From an uncultured Methylomonas sp. (lineage in GTDB: Bacteria; Pseudomonadota; Gammaproteobacteria; Methylococcales; Methylomonadaceae), in the NCBI GenBank assembly GCA_964459125.1, contig CAYWLM010000001.1, positions 1 through 62,286 of the forward strand: DNA of 62,286 bases, read 5' to 3'. The position numbers were made by a program, and so were the translations under genes. Of the stretch, positions 35,546 through 44,654 are shown piece after piece (the first letter of the stretch is position 1; the number at the start of each line of letters is the position of its first letter). The notes beneath the pieces were generated by a model, which saw only the letters and a list, made by a program, of their open reading frames with translations, searched no databases and was not told the origin of the DNA.

Positions 35546-37458
35546 TTTTTACGTTTCTCATTGCGATAACGCGCTAAAGCCCATAATGGAAAGAATTTGT
35601 CATAACCATGGTATTTCAGATAAAACACCCGTGGAAAGCCCGGTGCGGTATGGCAGTCATCAGCCCATAAACCATCTTGTTGTTGTGTGTTGAGTAAATA
35701 CTCAATACCAGCCTGCACTTCTTTTGATTGACACTCTCCGGCAGCCATTAATGCCAAAGTAGCCCAGGCTGTCTGGAAGGCAGTGCTGGTATGGAATTGA
35801 CCGCGCACACTTGAATCATGATAACTTTGATTGTCTTCACCCCAGCCACCATCATCATGCTGTACACTTTTCAGCCATGTGACCGCTTTAGTGTACATGG
35901 CATCGTTCTTTGGTGTATTAGTTTGTTCCAGCGCGATGAGTACCGACCAGGTACCATAGATATAATTAGTACCCCAGCGACCAAACCATGAACCGTCTTC
36001 TTCTTGCTCAGAACGAATATAGTTCAAGCAGCGATTGTACGCAGGCAAGTACTCATCATGGTCTTGAGCCACTTTAGCCATTAGCATTATGCAGCGTGCG
36101 CTGACATCAGATGTAGGGGGGTCTAATAAGGCACCATGATCGGCAAATGGAATTTCATTAAGATAATAATAGGTATTATCCACATCAAATGCACCATAGC
36201 CGCCATTTCCTGCCTGCATACCAACAATCCAGCGAGTCGCACGGTGAATGGATTCATCCATATCGGGTAATTCAGAAGTCGCCATACCGTAGGCAACAAC
36301 AGCAGTATCGTCGACATCAGGATAATGTGGGTTTTCAAATTGAAATGCCCAGCCACCGCCTTGCAGGTTTGGGCGTTGTATACGCCAATCTCCCGGTTCA
36401 TCGGATAATTGTTTGGTTTTTAACCAGCTATAAGCGAGTTCTCTGCTGGCTTTGGTGTTGCCTAAATCAGCTTCCTGTAAAGCAAGTAAGGCCAGGCCGG
36501 TATCCCAGACAGGTGATAGGCAAGGTTGGCAATATGCTTGATCATCTTTGATGACTAATAGTTTATCGATAGCCTTGCGTGCCGTAACAACATGTTCATG
36601 ATCAGCAGGCATGCCAAGTAAAAGCATCGCTTGATAGGCATTGACCATAGCAGGGAAAATACCACCCAAACCATCTTCGCCATTAAGTCGCTCGGTAAAC
36701 CAGTTCTTGGCTTTTGTTACCGCGATATGATGCATTTTATCAGTGACCAGTATGCGTGATTTACGCCCCAGCGCATCCAGAAACAAGAAAAATTTATTCA
36801 GCAGGCCTCTTTCAGGAAAATAATGCTTTTCTTTGTCCGGATGGACAATAAATAATTCCAGGATATCAATATTAAGCGGGTTTTTTGCTTTTGCCTCTAG
36901 AGTGCACAGGATAAAAAGAGGGATCATAACGGTTCTGGACCAATAGGATACTTTATCTATATGAAAAGGAAACCACTTAGGCAGTAACATGATTTCTACT
37001 GGAATAAAAGGCACACCTCGCCACGGAAGCTGTTCAAAAATAGCCAGCGCAATACGGGTAAAAACATTTGCTTTAGCAGCGCCACCCTGATTAAGAATAA
37101 ACTCGCGCAAGCTTGCCATATGAGGCTGATCAGGCTGGTCTCCAGCCAATTTTAATGCATAGTATGCTTTTACACTGCAGCTAATATCGCCTTTACCACC
37201 GTGAAATAATGGGTAACTACCATCTTCAGATTGATGCGCGCGCAAATAGACCGCAATTTTAGCCTGTAATTCTTGGTCAATATCATCCAGGTAATGCATC
37301 ATCATGATGTATTCAGCTGGAATAGTGCAATCTGCTTCTAGCTCGAATAACCAATAACCATCCTTGTGCTGTAAAGACAGAAGTTCGTCTTGAGCATTTT
37401 TTATGGCACTGTCCAGTGAATGGATCTTGCTCATATTGTTATAATCCTCGGTAAACAT
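35542..37458 (-). CDS. shc: Squalene-hopene cyclase
   Basis: Catalytic YPDVDDTA (DxDD), QW repeats (QEEDGSWFGRWG, QHDDGGWGE), SPVWDT, FPRVFYLKYHGY. Confidence 0.98.
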   Translation of the reverse strand: MFTEDYNNMSKIHSLDSAIKNAQDELLSLQHKDGYWLFELEADCTIPAEYIMMMHYLDDIDQELQAKIAVYLRAHQSEDGSYPLFHGGKGDISCSVKAYYALKLAGDQPDQPHMASLREFILNQGGAAKANVFTRIALAIFEQLPWRGVPFIPVEIMLLPKWFPFHIDKVSYWSRTVMIPLFILCTLEAKAKNPLNIDILELFIVHPDKEKHYFPERGLLNKFFLFLDALGRKSRILVTDKMHHIAVTKAKNWFTERLNGEDGLGGIFPAMVNAYQAMLLLGMPADHEHVVTARKAIDKLLVIKDDQAYCQPCLSPVWDTGLALLALQEADLGNTKASRELAYSWLKTKQLSDEPGDWRIQRPNLQGGGWAFQFENPHYPDVDDTAVVAYGMATSELPDMDESIHRATRWIVGMQAGNGGYGAFDVDNTYYYLNEIPFADHGALLDPPTSDVSARCIMLMAKVAQDHDEYLPAYNRCLNYIRSEQEEDGSWFGRWGTNYIYGTWSVLIALEQTNTPKNDAMYTKAVTWLKSVQHDDGGWGEDNQSYHDSSVRGQFHTSTAFQTAWATLALMAAGECQSKEVQAGIEYLLNTQQQDGLWADDCHTAPGFPRVFYLKYHGYDKFFPLWALARYRNEKRKK

Positions 37459-37466
37459 AGTGCGAC

Positions 37467-38546
37467 TTATTTATTTGCTTGATATTGCCAGTCCTTACAG
37501 ACCAGATTTTTACTTTTAAAATTAAAAAGCAGTGATAGGAGAAAGTTGCTACGACCAATGACTCGTGTTGTAAAAATAGTCTGTTTGACGCTTTTACGAG
37601 TGATTTTGACTTGATTCGAGTCCTTAAAATCCAGGTGTTGTTTTATTTCATTAAGGGTAAGCACTGCCATACCTAGTGCCCATAGACAAAAGTTACGCAT
37701 ACCGGTTTCATGGCTCGGGAGTAGCTGTGTATAGGTAAGAGCATCTTGCAAATGACCTTGCGCGATACTAATTAAGTGCTCTAGCCCCAGCCGAAATTCA
37801 GCGCTATCAGTTGATGTGCTCAGTTCTTTCAGGTCAAAGCCTGTTTCAGTGAAAATATCCTGGGGTAGCCAGCAAACTCCGCGTTGAGCGTCATCCCAGA
37901 TATCTTTTAGGATATTAGTCATCTGCAAACCCTGACCGAAGGAAACGGAAAGTTCGAGTAATTGTTCGCGGTGCTGATTAATTTCCGGCGAATAATGACA
38001 AAATAATTTTGCCAGCATTTCACCGACGCAGCCTGCGACATAATAGCAATATTCATTCATGTCCTGCATGGTTGCCAGACCGCTGTGTAAATCCATGCCT
38101 TGATACACAGGCATACCTTTTGCCATAGTTTCAACACAGCCTAGCAGCGCTTCAATTTGTTCAGGGGCAAAGCTATGAGTGATTTCTATAACCCGTGGAG
38201 TTAGCTGAATCAACACATGTTCTGCAGGAATGGTTTGTGTTGATAACAGGGGAGCTAAATCCCGAGTGAAAATTTCAGCTGCTTTGCCCGTTCTAACGAC
38301 TTCTATAAAAGTACTACAGAAATGTTCCTTCTGTTCAACACTGAGAGACACTTCATCTTCAACTGTATCCACTATACGACATAACAGGTAGGCATTGGCA
38401 ACTGCAGAGTATAGACCTGCAGGTAACTGAGGAATTGTTAATGCAAATGTTCGCGATACACCTTCCAATAATATAGCCTGAAATTCATCGACAGAGGCGA
38501 CTAAAAGCGAGTCTGGGTTTTCAATAGAAATTTGAGTGTCAGTCAT
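37467..38546 (-). CDS. sqs: Squalene synthase (single-enzyme type)
   Basis: VSRTFALTI, YLLCRIVDTVED, YCYYVAGCVG, GLQMTNILKD; directly upstream of shc. Confidence 0.9.
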   Translation of the reverse strand: MTDTQISIENPDSLLVASVDEFQAILLEGVSRTFALTIPQLPAGLYSAVANAYLLCRIVDTVEDEVSLSVEQKEHFCSTFIEVVRTGKAAEIFTRDLAPLLSTQTIPAEHVLIQLTPRVIEITHSFAPEQIEALLGCVETMAKGMPVYQGMDLHSGLATMQDMNEYCYYVAGCVGEMLAKLFCHYSPEINQHREQLLELSVSFGQGLQMTNILKDIWDDAQRGVCWLPQDIFTETGFDLKELSTSTDSAEFRLGLEHLISIAQGHLQDALTYTQLLPSHETGMRNFCLWALGMAVLTLNEIKQHLDFKDSNQVKITRKSVKQTIFTTRVIGRSNFLLSLLFNFKSKNLVCKDWQYQANK

Positions 38547-38906
38547 GCTATCTCTGTAAAAAGTGTATTGAAAGGAAAAAACTAAATATAGTGATGAATT
38601 ATAGACTGTCTGTAGTTTAAATACAAAATATGTTGTTTTTTTGCGAAAAAGTTACATTTATGTCTTATAGATGACCGTAAAAATAAGCTGGATAGATGAT
38701 TTTCTGGCAGACCTTTTATTGTTTTTATGTAAAAAATTGCGTTTCAAACTGGTGTTAGTCGTTTAAAAATAGTATGCTAGATCTTAATTAGGAATGATTA
38801 ATGGAATTATGTACAGGGAATTTAAGGCTTGTTTCCATATTTTCTTTTTGTTGCAAATTTGCAACTTTTTGGTTTGTTTATATTTTAAGATCTGGAGTAA
38901 AAGGTT

Positions 38907-39998
38907 ATGGGTGTTCCATTAAGACAGCAAATTGCTGTAGGTACGTATTTAATGAAGCAAAAATTCAAAGGTGTCGATAAATATCCTTTGGTATTAATGT
39001 TGGAACCCTTGTTCCGTTGCAATCTGGCGTGTGCAGGATGTGGAAAAATTGCTTACCCTGATGATATATTAAATAAACGCTTATCAGTTGAAGAATGCCT
39101 GCAGGCCGTGGATGAATGTGGCGCGCCCATGGTGTCTATTCCTGGCGGAGAGCCATTGATTCATAAAGAAATGCCGGAAATAGTTGCCGGCATTGTTAAG
39201 CGTAAGAAATTTATTTATCTTTGTACCAATGCATTATTGTTGAAAAAGAAGATAAAAGATTATACGCCATCACCGTACTTGACTTTTTCAGTACATCTTG
39301 ATGGTAATCAGCATAGACATGATGCGTCAGTATGCCAGGATGGTGTGTTTGATATTGCTGTGGAAGCAATTAAAATGGCGCTAGATAAAGGTTTTAGAGT
39401 GACTGTTAATTGTACGCTGTTTCAGGGTGAGACTTCGCAGGAAGTTGCAGATTTTCTTGATTATGCAACAGAGTTAGGTGTAGAAGGTATAACAATTGCA
39501 CCTGGTTTTAGTTATGAAGATGCCCCTAATCAAGACTCGTTTATTTCTAGTCAGGCTGCAAAAGAGTTGTTCCGTGGAATTTTTGCCATTGGAAAAAATA
39601 AAAAATGGAAATTGAACCACTCTTCGCTTTATCTGGATTTTTTGGCTGGAAATCAGCAATACGACTGTACGCCCTGGGGGAATCCAACACGTAATGTTTT
39701 CGGTTGGCAAAAACCTTGTTACCTGTTGTCAGATGAGGGTTATGTTGACAGTTTTCAGGAAATGATGGATACCACTCCCTGGGATAAATATGGCGCTGGA
39801 AAGAATCCTAAATGTGAAGGTTGTATGGCACATTGTGGATACGAAGCGACGGCGGTAGAAGATACTTTGGCCCACCCTATAAAGGCATTAGCTGCAGCAA
39901 TTCGTGGACCGAGAACGGAAGGTTTAATTGTTAAGGCTCCTAGCTATAAACCTACGGCAACGAGACTAACAGATATTCCTGTTAACGTAGAAGGTTAA
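38907..39998 (+). CDS. hpnH: Radical SAM adenosylhopane synthase HpnH
   Basis: LMLEPLFRCNLACAGCGKI, CTPWGNPTRNVFGWQKPCYLL, CMAHCGYE. Confidence 0.96.
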   Translation: MGVPLRQQIAVGTYLMKQKFKGVDKYPLVLMLEPLFRCNLACAGCGKIAYPDDILNKRLSVEECLQAVDECGAPMVSIPGGEPLIHKEMPEIVAGIVKRKKFIYLCTNALLLKKKIKDYTPSPYLTFSVHLDGNQHRHDASVCQDGVFDIAVEAIKMALDKGFRVTVNCTLFQGETSQEVADFLDYATELGVEGITIAPGFSYEDAPNQDSFISSQAAKELFRGIFAIGKNKKWKLNHSSLYLDFLAGNQQYDCTPWGNPTRNVFGWQKPCYLLSDEGYVDSFQEMMDTTPWDKYGAGKNPKCEGCMAHCGYEATAVEDTLAHPIKALAAAIRGPRTEGLIVKAPSYKPTATRLTDIPVNVEG

Positions 39999-40014
39999 GG
40001 CGCTAGTTACGCTA

Positions 40015-41127
40015 ATGACAGAATTATTAAGCGGTCTGGCCGCTTTTATCTGGTTGCTTACTGCGTTGCTTCCCTGGCAACCTTGGCGTACCAGAGAGTT
40101 ATTAGAGGCTGATGAACCAGGAGATCTTGATTTAAGCGATATAACGGTGGTTATTCCGGCGCGGAATGAAGCGTCAGTGATAGTCGACACTTTGCAAGCC
40201 TTAAAGCAGCAGGGGCAGGGCTTGCATATCATTCTGGTTGATGATGAATCGACAGATGGTACTGCAGAGCTAGCTCTGCAGGTGGGTGTGGATAATTTAC
40301 AGATTATCCGTTCTGAATCTTTGCCTAATGGCTGGACAGGCAAATTATGGGCGCAGGAACAAGGCTTGCGAGTGGTGCAGACGCCATTAGTATTATTGCT
40401 GGATGCAGATATTTTTCTAAAGTCGGGTATTTTGTCTGCTTTAAAAGCCATGCGTGATGTCCAGGGTTTACAGTTTGTATCTTTGATGGCCATGCTCAAA
40501 GTCGATAGCTTCTGGGAAAAAATGCTGATGCCGGCATTTATTTACTTTTTCAAAATGCTCTATCCTTTTGCACTGGCAAATAATCCCGCTAGTAAAATGG
40601 CTGCTGCTGCAGGAGGATGTATTCTGGTCGATACTCAGGTTCTGCATGCAATAGGCGGAATGTCTGAGATTAAAAATGTAGTGATTGATGATTGTACCCT
40701 GGCAAAGAAAATCAAACAGGCGGGTTATAAAACCTGGGTGGGGCTCACACATGACGTTATCAGTCAGCGGCCATATGTGTCGTTGACTGAAATATGGGAT
40801 ATGGTCGCGCGTACCGCTTATACGCAGTTATTCTATTCTAATATGTTGTTGTTGATCTGTACTCTGCTTATGACGCTTATGTATTTGCTGCCTTTGTACG
40901 GTTTAGTATTTTTTAGCGGAAGCGCATGGTTTTTTTCAGTGCTAGCCTGGTTAATTATGCTAGCGCTGTATATACCCACCCTGCGCTTTTATACACTTAA
41001 TAGTGCATGGGCTTTATGTATGCCAGTAGTAGCTGGTTTATATTTGTTAATGACCTGGACTTCAGCTGTGCGCTACTGGCGAGGCGAGCGCTCACGTTGG
41101 AAAGGTCGAATTTATCAGAAAGGTTAA
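40015..41127 (+). CDS. hpnB: Hopanoid-associated GT2 glycosyltransferase HpnB
   Basis: VIPARNEA, VDDESTDGT, GWTGKLWA, DAD, AAAGGC, IDDCTLA, WDMVARTAY. Confidence 0.88.
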   Translation: MTELLSGLAAFIWLLTALLPWQPWRTRELLEADEPGDLDLSDITVVIPARNEASVIVDTLQALKQQGQGLHIILVDDESTDGTAELALQVGVDNLQIIRSESLPNGWTGKLWAQEQGLRVVQTPLVLLLDADIFLKSGILSALKAMRDVQGLQFVSLMAMLKVDSFWEKMLMPAFIYFFKMLYPFALANNPASKMAAAAGGCILVDTQVLHAIGGMSEIKNVVIDDCTLAKKIKQAGYKTWVGLTHDVISQRPYVSLTEIWDMVARTAYTQLFYSNMLLLICTLLMTLMYLLPLYGLVFFSGSAWFFSVLAWLIMLALYIPTLRFYTLNSAWALCMPVVAGLYLLMTWTSAVRYWRGERSRWKGRIYQKG

Positions 41128-41133
41128 AACAGA

Positions 41134-41742
41134 ATGATGCCAATTAGAAAAGTGATAATGATGTTCTTTTTGTTTTTTTTTACTTCGGTAGTGCTTGCTG
41201 AAGTCGATGAAACAGAAGCTGCGACTCAAGTGGTTAAAGACTTTCAGGCCGTATTAATAGATGTAATGCAGCAGGGTGACAAACTCAATTTTGAACAGCG
41301 TTTTGAGATATTAAAGCCTGCAGTATTAAAAAGCCATGATTTAGCCAAAATTACTCGTATTGTGGTTAGCAAGGAATGGCAGACGCTAACAACCGAACAG
41401 AAAAAAGAGCTAATAAGAAAGTTTAGTACCCTAAGCATTGCATCTTATGCGCATTATTTTAATAGCTTTTCAGGTCAAAGCTTTAAAGTCGAATCGGCAA
41501 AGTCATTGTCTCCCGGGCAGATTTATGTACATACATTTTTAGTGCTTCCTGATGATAAAGATGTCAGTATGGACTACCTTTTGAAAAAGACCGGCGATGA
41601 ATGGCGTATTATAAATATCATCACTAATGGCGTAAGTGATCTGGCCTTAAAGCGTTCAGAATATGTTGCCGTGATACAAAAATCAGGTTTTGATGCTTTA
41701 TTAGCAGAACTTTCTGTTAAAATTGAAAAATTCTCTAATTAA
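41134..41742 (+). CDS. hpnM: HpnM / MlaC(Ttg2D)-family periplasmic lipid-binding protein
   Basis: Signal peptide; DYLL....WRIINI..NGVSDLALKRSEY; located in the hpn operon. Confidence 0.82.
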   Translation: MMPIRKVIMMFFLFFFTSVVLAEVDETEAATQVVKDFQAVLIDVMQQGDKLNFEQRFEILKPAVLKSHDLAKITRIVVSKEWQTLTTEQKKELIRKFSTLSIASYAHYFNSFSGQSFKVESAKSLSPGQIYVHTFLVLPDDKDVSMDYLLKKTGDEWRIINIITNGVSDLALKRSEYVAVIQKSGFDALLAELSVKIEKFSN

Positions 41743-42541
41743 AATAAAATTTCCGCCTTTGATCATTCGACTATTATCGCGTCTCGTAGCTTCTGCTGGT
41801 ATTTGTTTATTAGTCGCCTGTGCCAGCATTAGCGAGCCTAAAACAGTAGAAGTAATAAATTCTGACGACCCACATGAAAAAATTAACCGTGAAATCTTTG
41901 CTTTTAACAAAGGCGTGGATACCTATGTTGCTTCGCCTCTAGTCACTGTTTATCAATTTACGCTTCCGGATCTCTTAAGCGCAACCATTGCAAATTTTTT
42001 TACTAATTTAAAAGAACCCAGAACCGTAGTCAATGATGCCTTGCAAGGAAAGCAGGCATCAGCTGGTGCGGATTTTGAACGCTTTGTTATAAATTCATTG
42101 CTGGGCCTAGGTGGTTTGATTGATGTCGCTAGCTACGCAGAAATTGAGTACCATGAAGAAGATTTTTCTCAAACTATGGCCGTCTGGGGTGTGCCGCGCG
42201 GAGAGTATGTGGTGATTCCTGTATTAGGTCCTTCGTCTTACCGAGGTGTTCCAGGGAAAATTATCGACGCTGCTGCCAGTCCGGTTAGTTATCTGATTTG
42301 GCCGATACAAGTATTAGATCTTTTAAACTCACGTTCTAATGCCGATCAGTCTTTAAATTTTATTGATGAGGCGGCAGTCGATCCTTATTTATTTATGCGC
42401 GCTTCTTATTTGCAGTGGCGAGACTTTCAGATTTCTGAAGGTGCGAATGCAGCAGATGATATATTACTACCTGAATTAGATGAGTCATTTGAGGAAGAAA
42501 ATCTGGATCTATTACAAGAAGATTTAGATATTAAATTGTAG
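41723..42541 (+). CDS. mlaA: VacJ/MlaA-family outer-membrane lipoprotein
   Basis: Lipobox LVAC; DPHEKINR..FAFN, NFFTNL.EP, RFVINS..G.GGLIDVA, EDFSQT..VWG, P.LGPS. Confidence 0.9.
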   Translation: MKNSLIKIKFPPLIIRLLSRLVASAGICLLVACASISEPKTVEVINSDDPHEKINREIFAFNKGVDTYVASPLVTVYQFTLPDLLSATIANFFTNLKEPRTVVNDALQGKQASAGADFERFVINSLLGLGGLIDVASYAEIEYHEEDFSQTMAVWGVPRGEYVVIPVLGPSSYRGVPGKIIDAAASPVSYLIWPIQVLDLLNSRSNADQSLNFIDEAAVDPYLFMRASYLQWRDFQISEGANAADDILLPELDESFEEENLDLLQEDLDIKL

Positions 42542-42550
42542 GCAGGGAAA

Positions 42551-43111
42551 ATGAATAGCCAGACTAAAGAGGTTATAGCACAAACCAGATATTGGCTAGA
42601 ACATGTTGTGATAGGACTTAACTTTTGCCCTTTTGCCAAACCTGTTTTTGAGCAAGGTAAAATACATTTTCAGGTAAGCGATGCGCAGTCGCTGGAGTGC
42701 TGCTTAGAAGACCTGATTGCTGAGGCTGAAAGACTAGATACACAGAGTGAAATAGAAACCAGTTTACTTATTTTTGAAAGCTCATTACAGGATTTTGATA
42801 ATTTCCTGGATGTGCTGGAAATAGCTAACGATTTGATGTTTGAACAGGGCTATGAAGGGGTATATCAATTAGCAAGCTTTCATCCGGATTATTGTTTTGC
42901 TGAGACTGATGAAAATGATCCGGGAAATTACACTAACCGTTCTCCTTATCCGATGCTTCACTTAATCCGTGAGCGGAGTATAGAGCAGGCGTTAGCGAAT
43001 TATAAGAACCCAGAAAACATTCCTGATATTAATCTGCAAGTGGCTCGCGAGTTGGGCCTAGAGAAAATGCAAAGCATGCTGCAGCAAGCTTTGCAGTCAA
43101 AAAAACAATGA
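42551..43111 (+). CDS. DUF1415 family protein
   Basis: W...VVIGLNFCPFA, QLASFHPDY.F, NYTNRSPYPMLHLIRE. Confidence 0.9.
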   Translation: MNSQTKEVIAQTRYWLEHVVIGLNFCPFAKPVFEQGKIHFQVSDAQSLECCLEDLIAEAERLDTQSEIETSLLIFESSLQDFDNFLDVLEIANDLMFEQGYEGVYQLASFHPDYCFAETDENDPGNYTNRSPYPMLHLIRERSIEQALANYKNPENIPDINLQVARELGLEKMQSMLQQALQSKKQ

Positions 43112-43129
43112 ATACCTTGTGAGCGGACT

Positions 43130-43780
43130 TCAGTCTGCTTTAGCAGTTTTTTCTAATTCTAGCTCTGCTAATAAAAATTCAATTTCTGTACGCATTTTTT
43201 GTCTAAAAAATATAAAACGCCAGCGACTACCGCCGCATTGTTTCCATAGCATAGCGGAACGTATACCACTTAATAGCAGTGCTCGGATTTTATTAACAAC
43301 ATCCGGTGATGAAAGATAAGTCTGATCTCCGTTTACCATAATACGCGGGTTAATCGTACTAATGGTGCTGTGATAAATATCTGCCAGGTTAGCAATGACA
43401 TTTTCATGCATGACACCGAAATGCTCGCTTTGAGCCTGGGCTATTTTGATTTTGCCGCGTACTGCTTTTAACATCTCCTTGTCGGCAGTAAAACTAGTTT
43501 CTAAAAAAATCAGAGAGGCAGCATATCTTGCGATTTCAGGGTTGGGTATGCTGTGGGTTTTGAGTTGCAATTGTAATTGTTCAAGACCCAGCTTTATGCC
43601 TGAGAGTCCTCCATATATATCTACTGGATTATCGGCTTCCAGAACTAATAAACTACCAATACTGGCTTGTATGGCTTGTTTATCGGCTTTTCCTGTTGTT
43701 GCTAATTGTTGAACCAGGTAAGTCGCCTGGGCTATGCCGGCAAGCGAAATTGTTTGATAGGTTATTGTTTTGAAAGACAT
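43130..43780 (-). CDS. hflD: High-frequency lysogenization protein HflD
   Basis: LAGIAQA..LV..LA, LADIY..TIS...PRIMV.G, IRALLLSGIRSA.LW.QCGG. Confidence 0.93.
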   Translation of the reverse strand: MSFKTITYQTISLAGIAQATYLVQQLATTGKADKQAIQASIGSLLVLEADNPVDIYGGLSGIKLGLEQLQLQLKTHSIPNPEIARYAASLIFLETSFTADKEMLKAVRGKIKIAQAQSEHFGVMHENVIANLADIYHSTISTINPRIMVNGDQTYLSSPDVVNKIRALLLSGIRSAMLWKQCGGSRWRFIFFRQKMRTEIEFLLAELELEKTAKAD

Positions 43781-43784
43781 AGGA

Positions 43785-44231
43785 TTAACAAGTTTGATTA
43801 GGAGTACACGCTTTTTCAGTAGGGCGCTTTTCTTTTATCCATCCAGAGATACCCTTTTGTAAATGCGATACATGAGACATATTAAGTTCTTCGGTTAAAA
43901 GTTTTCCTACTCTACCACTACGGCCACCTGAGTGACAGACTAATATAATTTCCTGATCAGGTGATGATTTTAATTTTTGCACTTCTGCAAGCCACTGCTC
44001 GGTATTGTAATTGCCGTTTCGATCAAAAAAATTAACCGGGTGACTGCCGGGTATTATTCCTGTATTTTGCCATTCCTGTGGTGTGCGAATGTCGATAACC
44101 AAGGCATCCTTGCCTAGATTGTTATTTACCTCGCCAGGTGATAAATTAGTAAGTTCCGCAGCACTAAGAATATGACTACTGAATAAAAAGAAAAAAATGA
44201 GCGAGTATGGTATGAAATTTTTAATATGCAT
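43785..44231 (-). CDS. Exported rhodanese-domain protein
   Basis: VIDIRTPQEW..TG.IPGS, CHSGGRS, HL.KGI.GW; signal peptide. Confidence 0.88.
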   Translation of the reverse strand: MHIKNFIPYSLIFFFLFSSHILSAAELTNLSPGEVNNNLGKDALVIDIRTPQEWQNTGIIPGSHPVNFFDRNGNYNTEQWLAEVQKLKSSPDQEIILVCHSGGRSGRVGKLLTEELNMSHVSHLQKGISGWIKEKRPTEKACTPNQTC

Positions 44232-44367
44232 AAGTAGATACTTCTTAATATGAGAGGGGGGATTTTTAACCAGTAGTGAATTCCTTGGTAATTTATATCA
44301 TGATTAATGTTTATTAGTCGAGTATGATATACAGCTAAATTTTATAATCGGACATGGGAAGATAGCA

Positions 44368-44580
44368 ATGACAACAACAGTAAAGCTCAACGTAACCGGA
44401 ATGAAGTGTGGAGGTTGTGAAAATACAATTAAACAGGCATTAACTGGCAAAGCCGGAATTTTATCTGTAGATACCAGTCACGGCGATGACAGGGTGGAAG
44501 TAGAGTTTGATGAAACCACGATTGAAGAAGATGATGTAATTGAGCTTATTGAAGCTGCGGGTTTTAAAGTAGTAGATTAA
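44368..44580 (+). CDS. copZ: Heavy-metal-associated copper chaperone (CopZ-like)
   Basis: GMKCGGC HMA motif; 70 aa, upstream of a P1B ATPase. Confidence 0.88.
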   Translation: MTTTVKLNVTGMKCGGCENTIKQALTGKAGILSVDTSHGDDRVEVEFDETTIEEDDVIELIEAAGFKVVD

Positions 44581-44654
44581 CATTGGTCTGGCAATTAGTA
44601 GAGTAGACCTTAGCTTGCCTTCTCCCCTGGTCAGTAACAAAAAGAGAGAAATTT

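Noticed and set aside
44581..44654. CueR operator upstream of copA
   Set aside because: An ACCTT half-site is present but there is no matching AAGGT dyad at the right spacing
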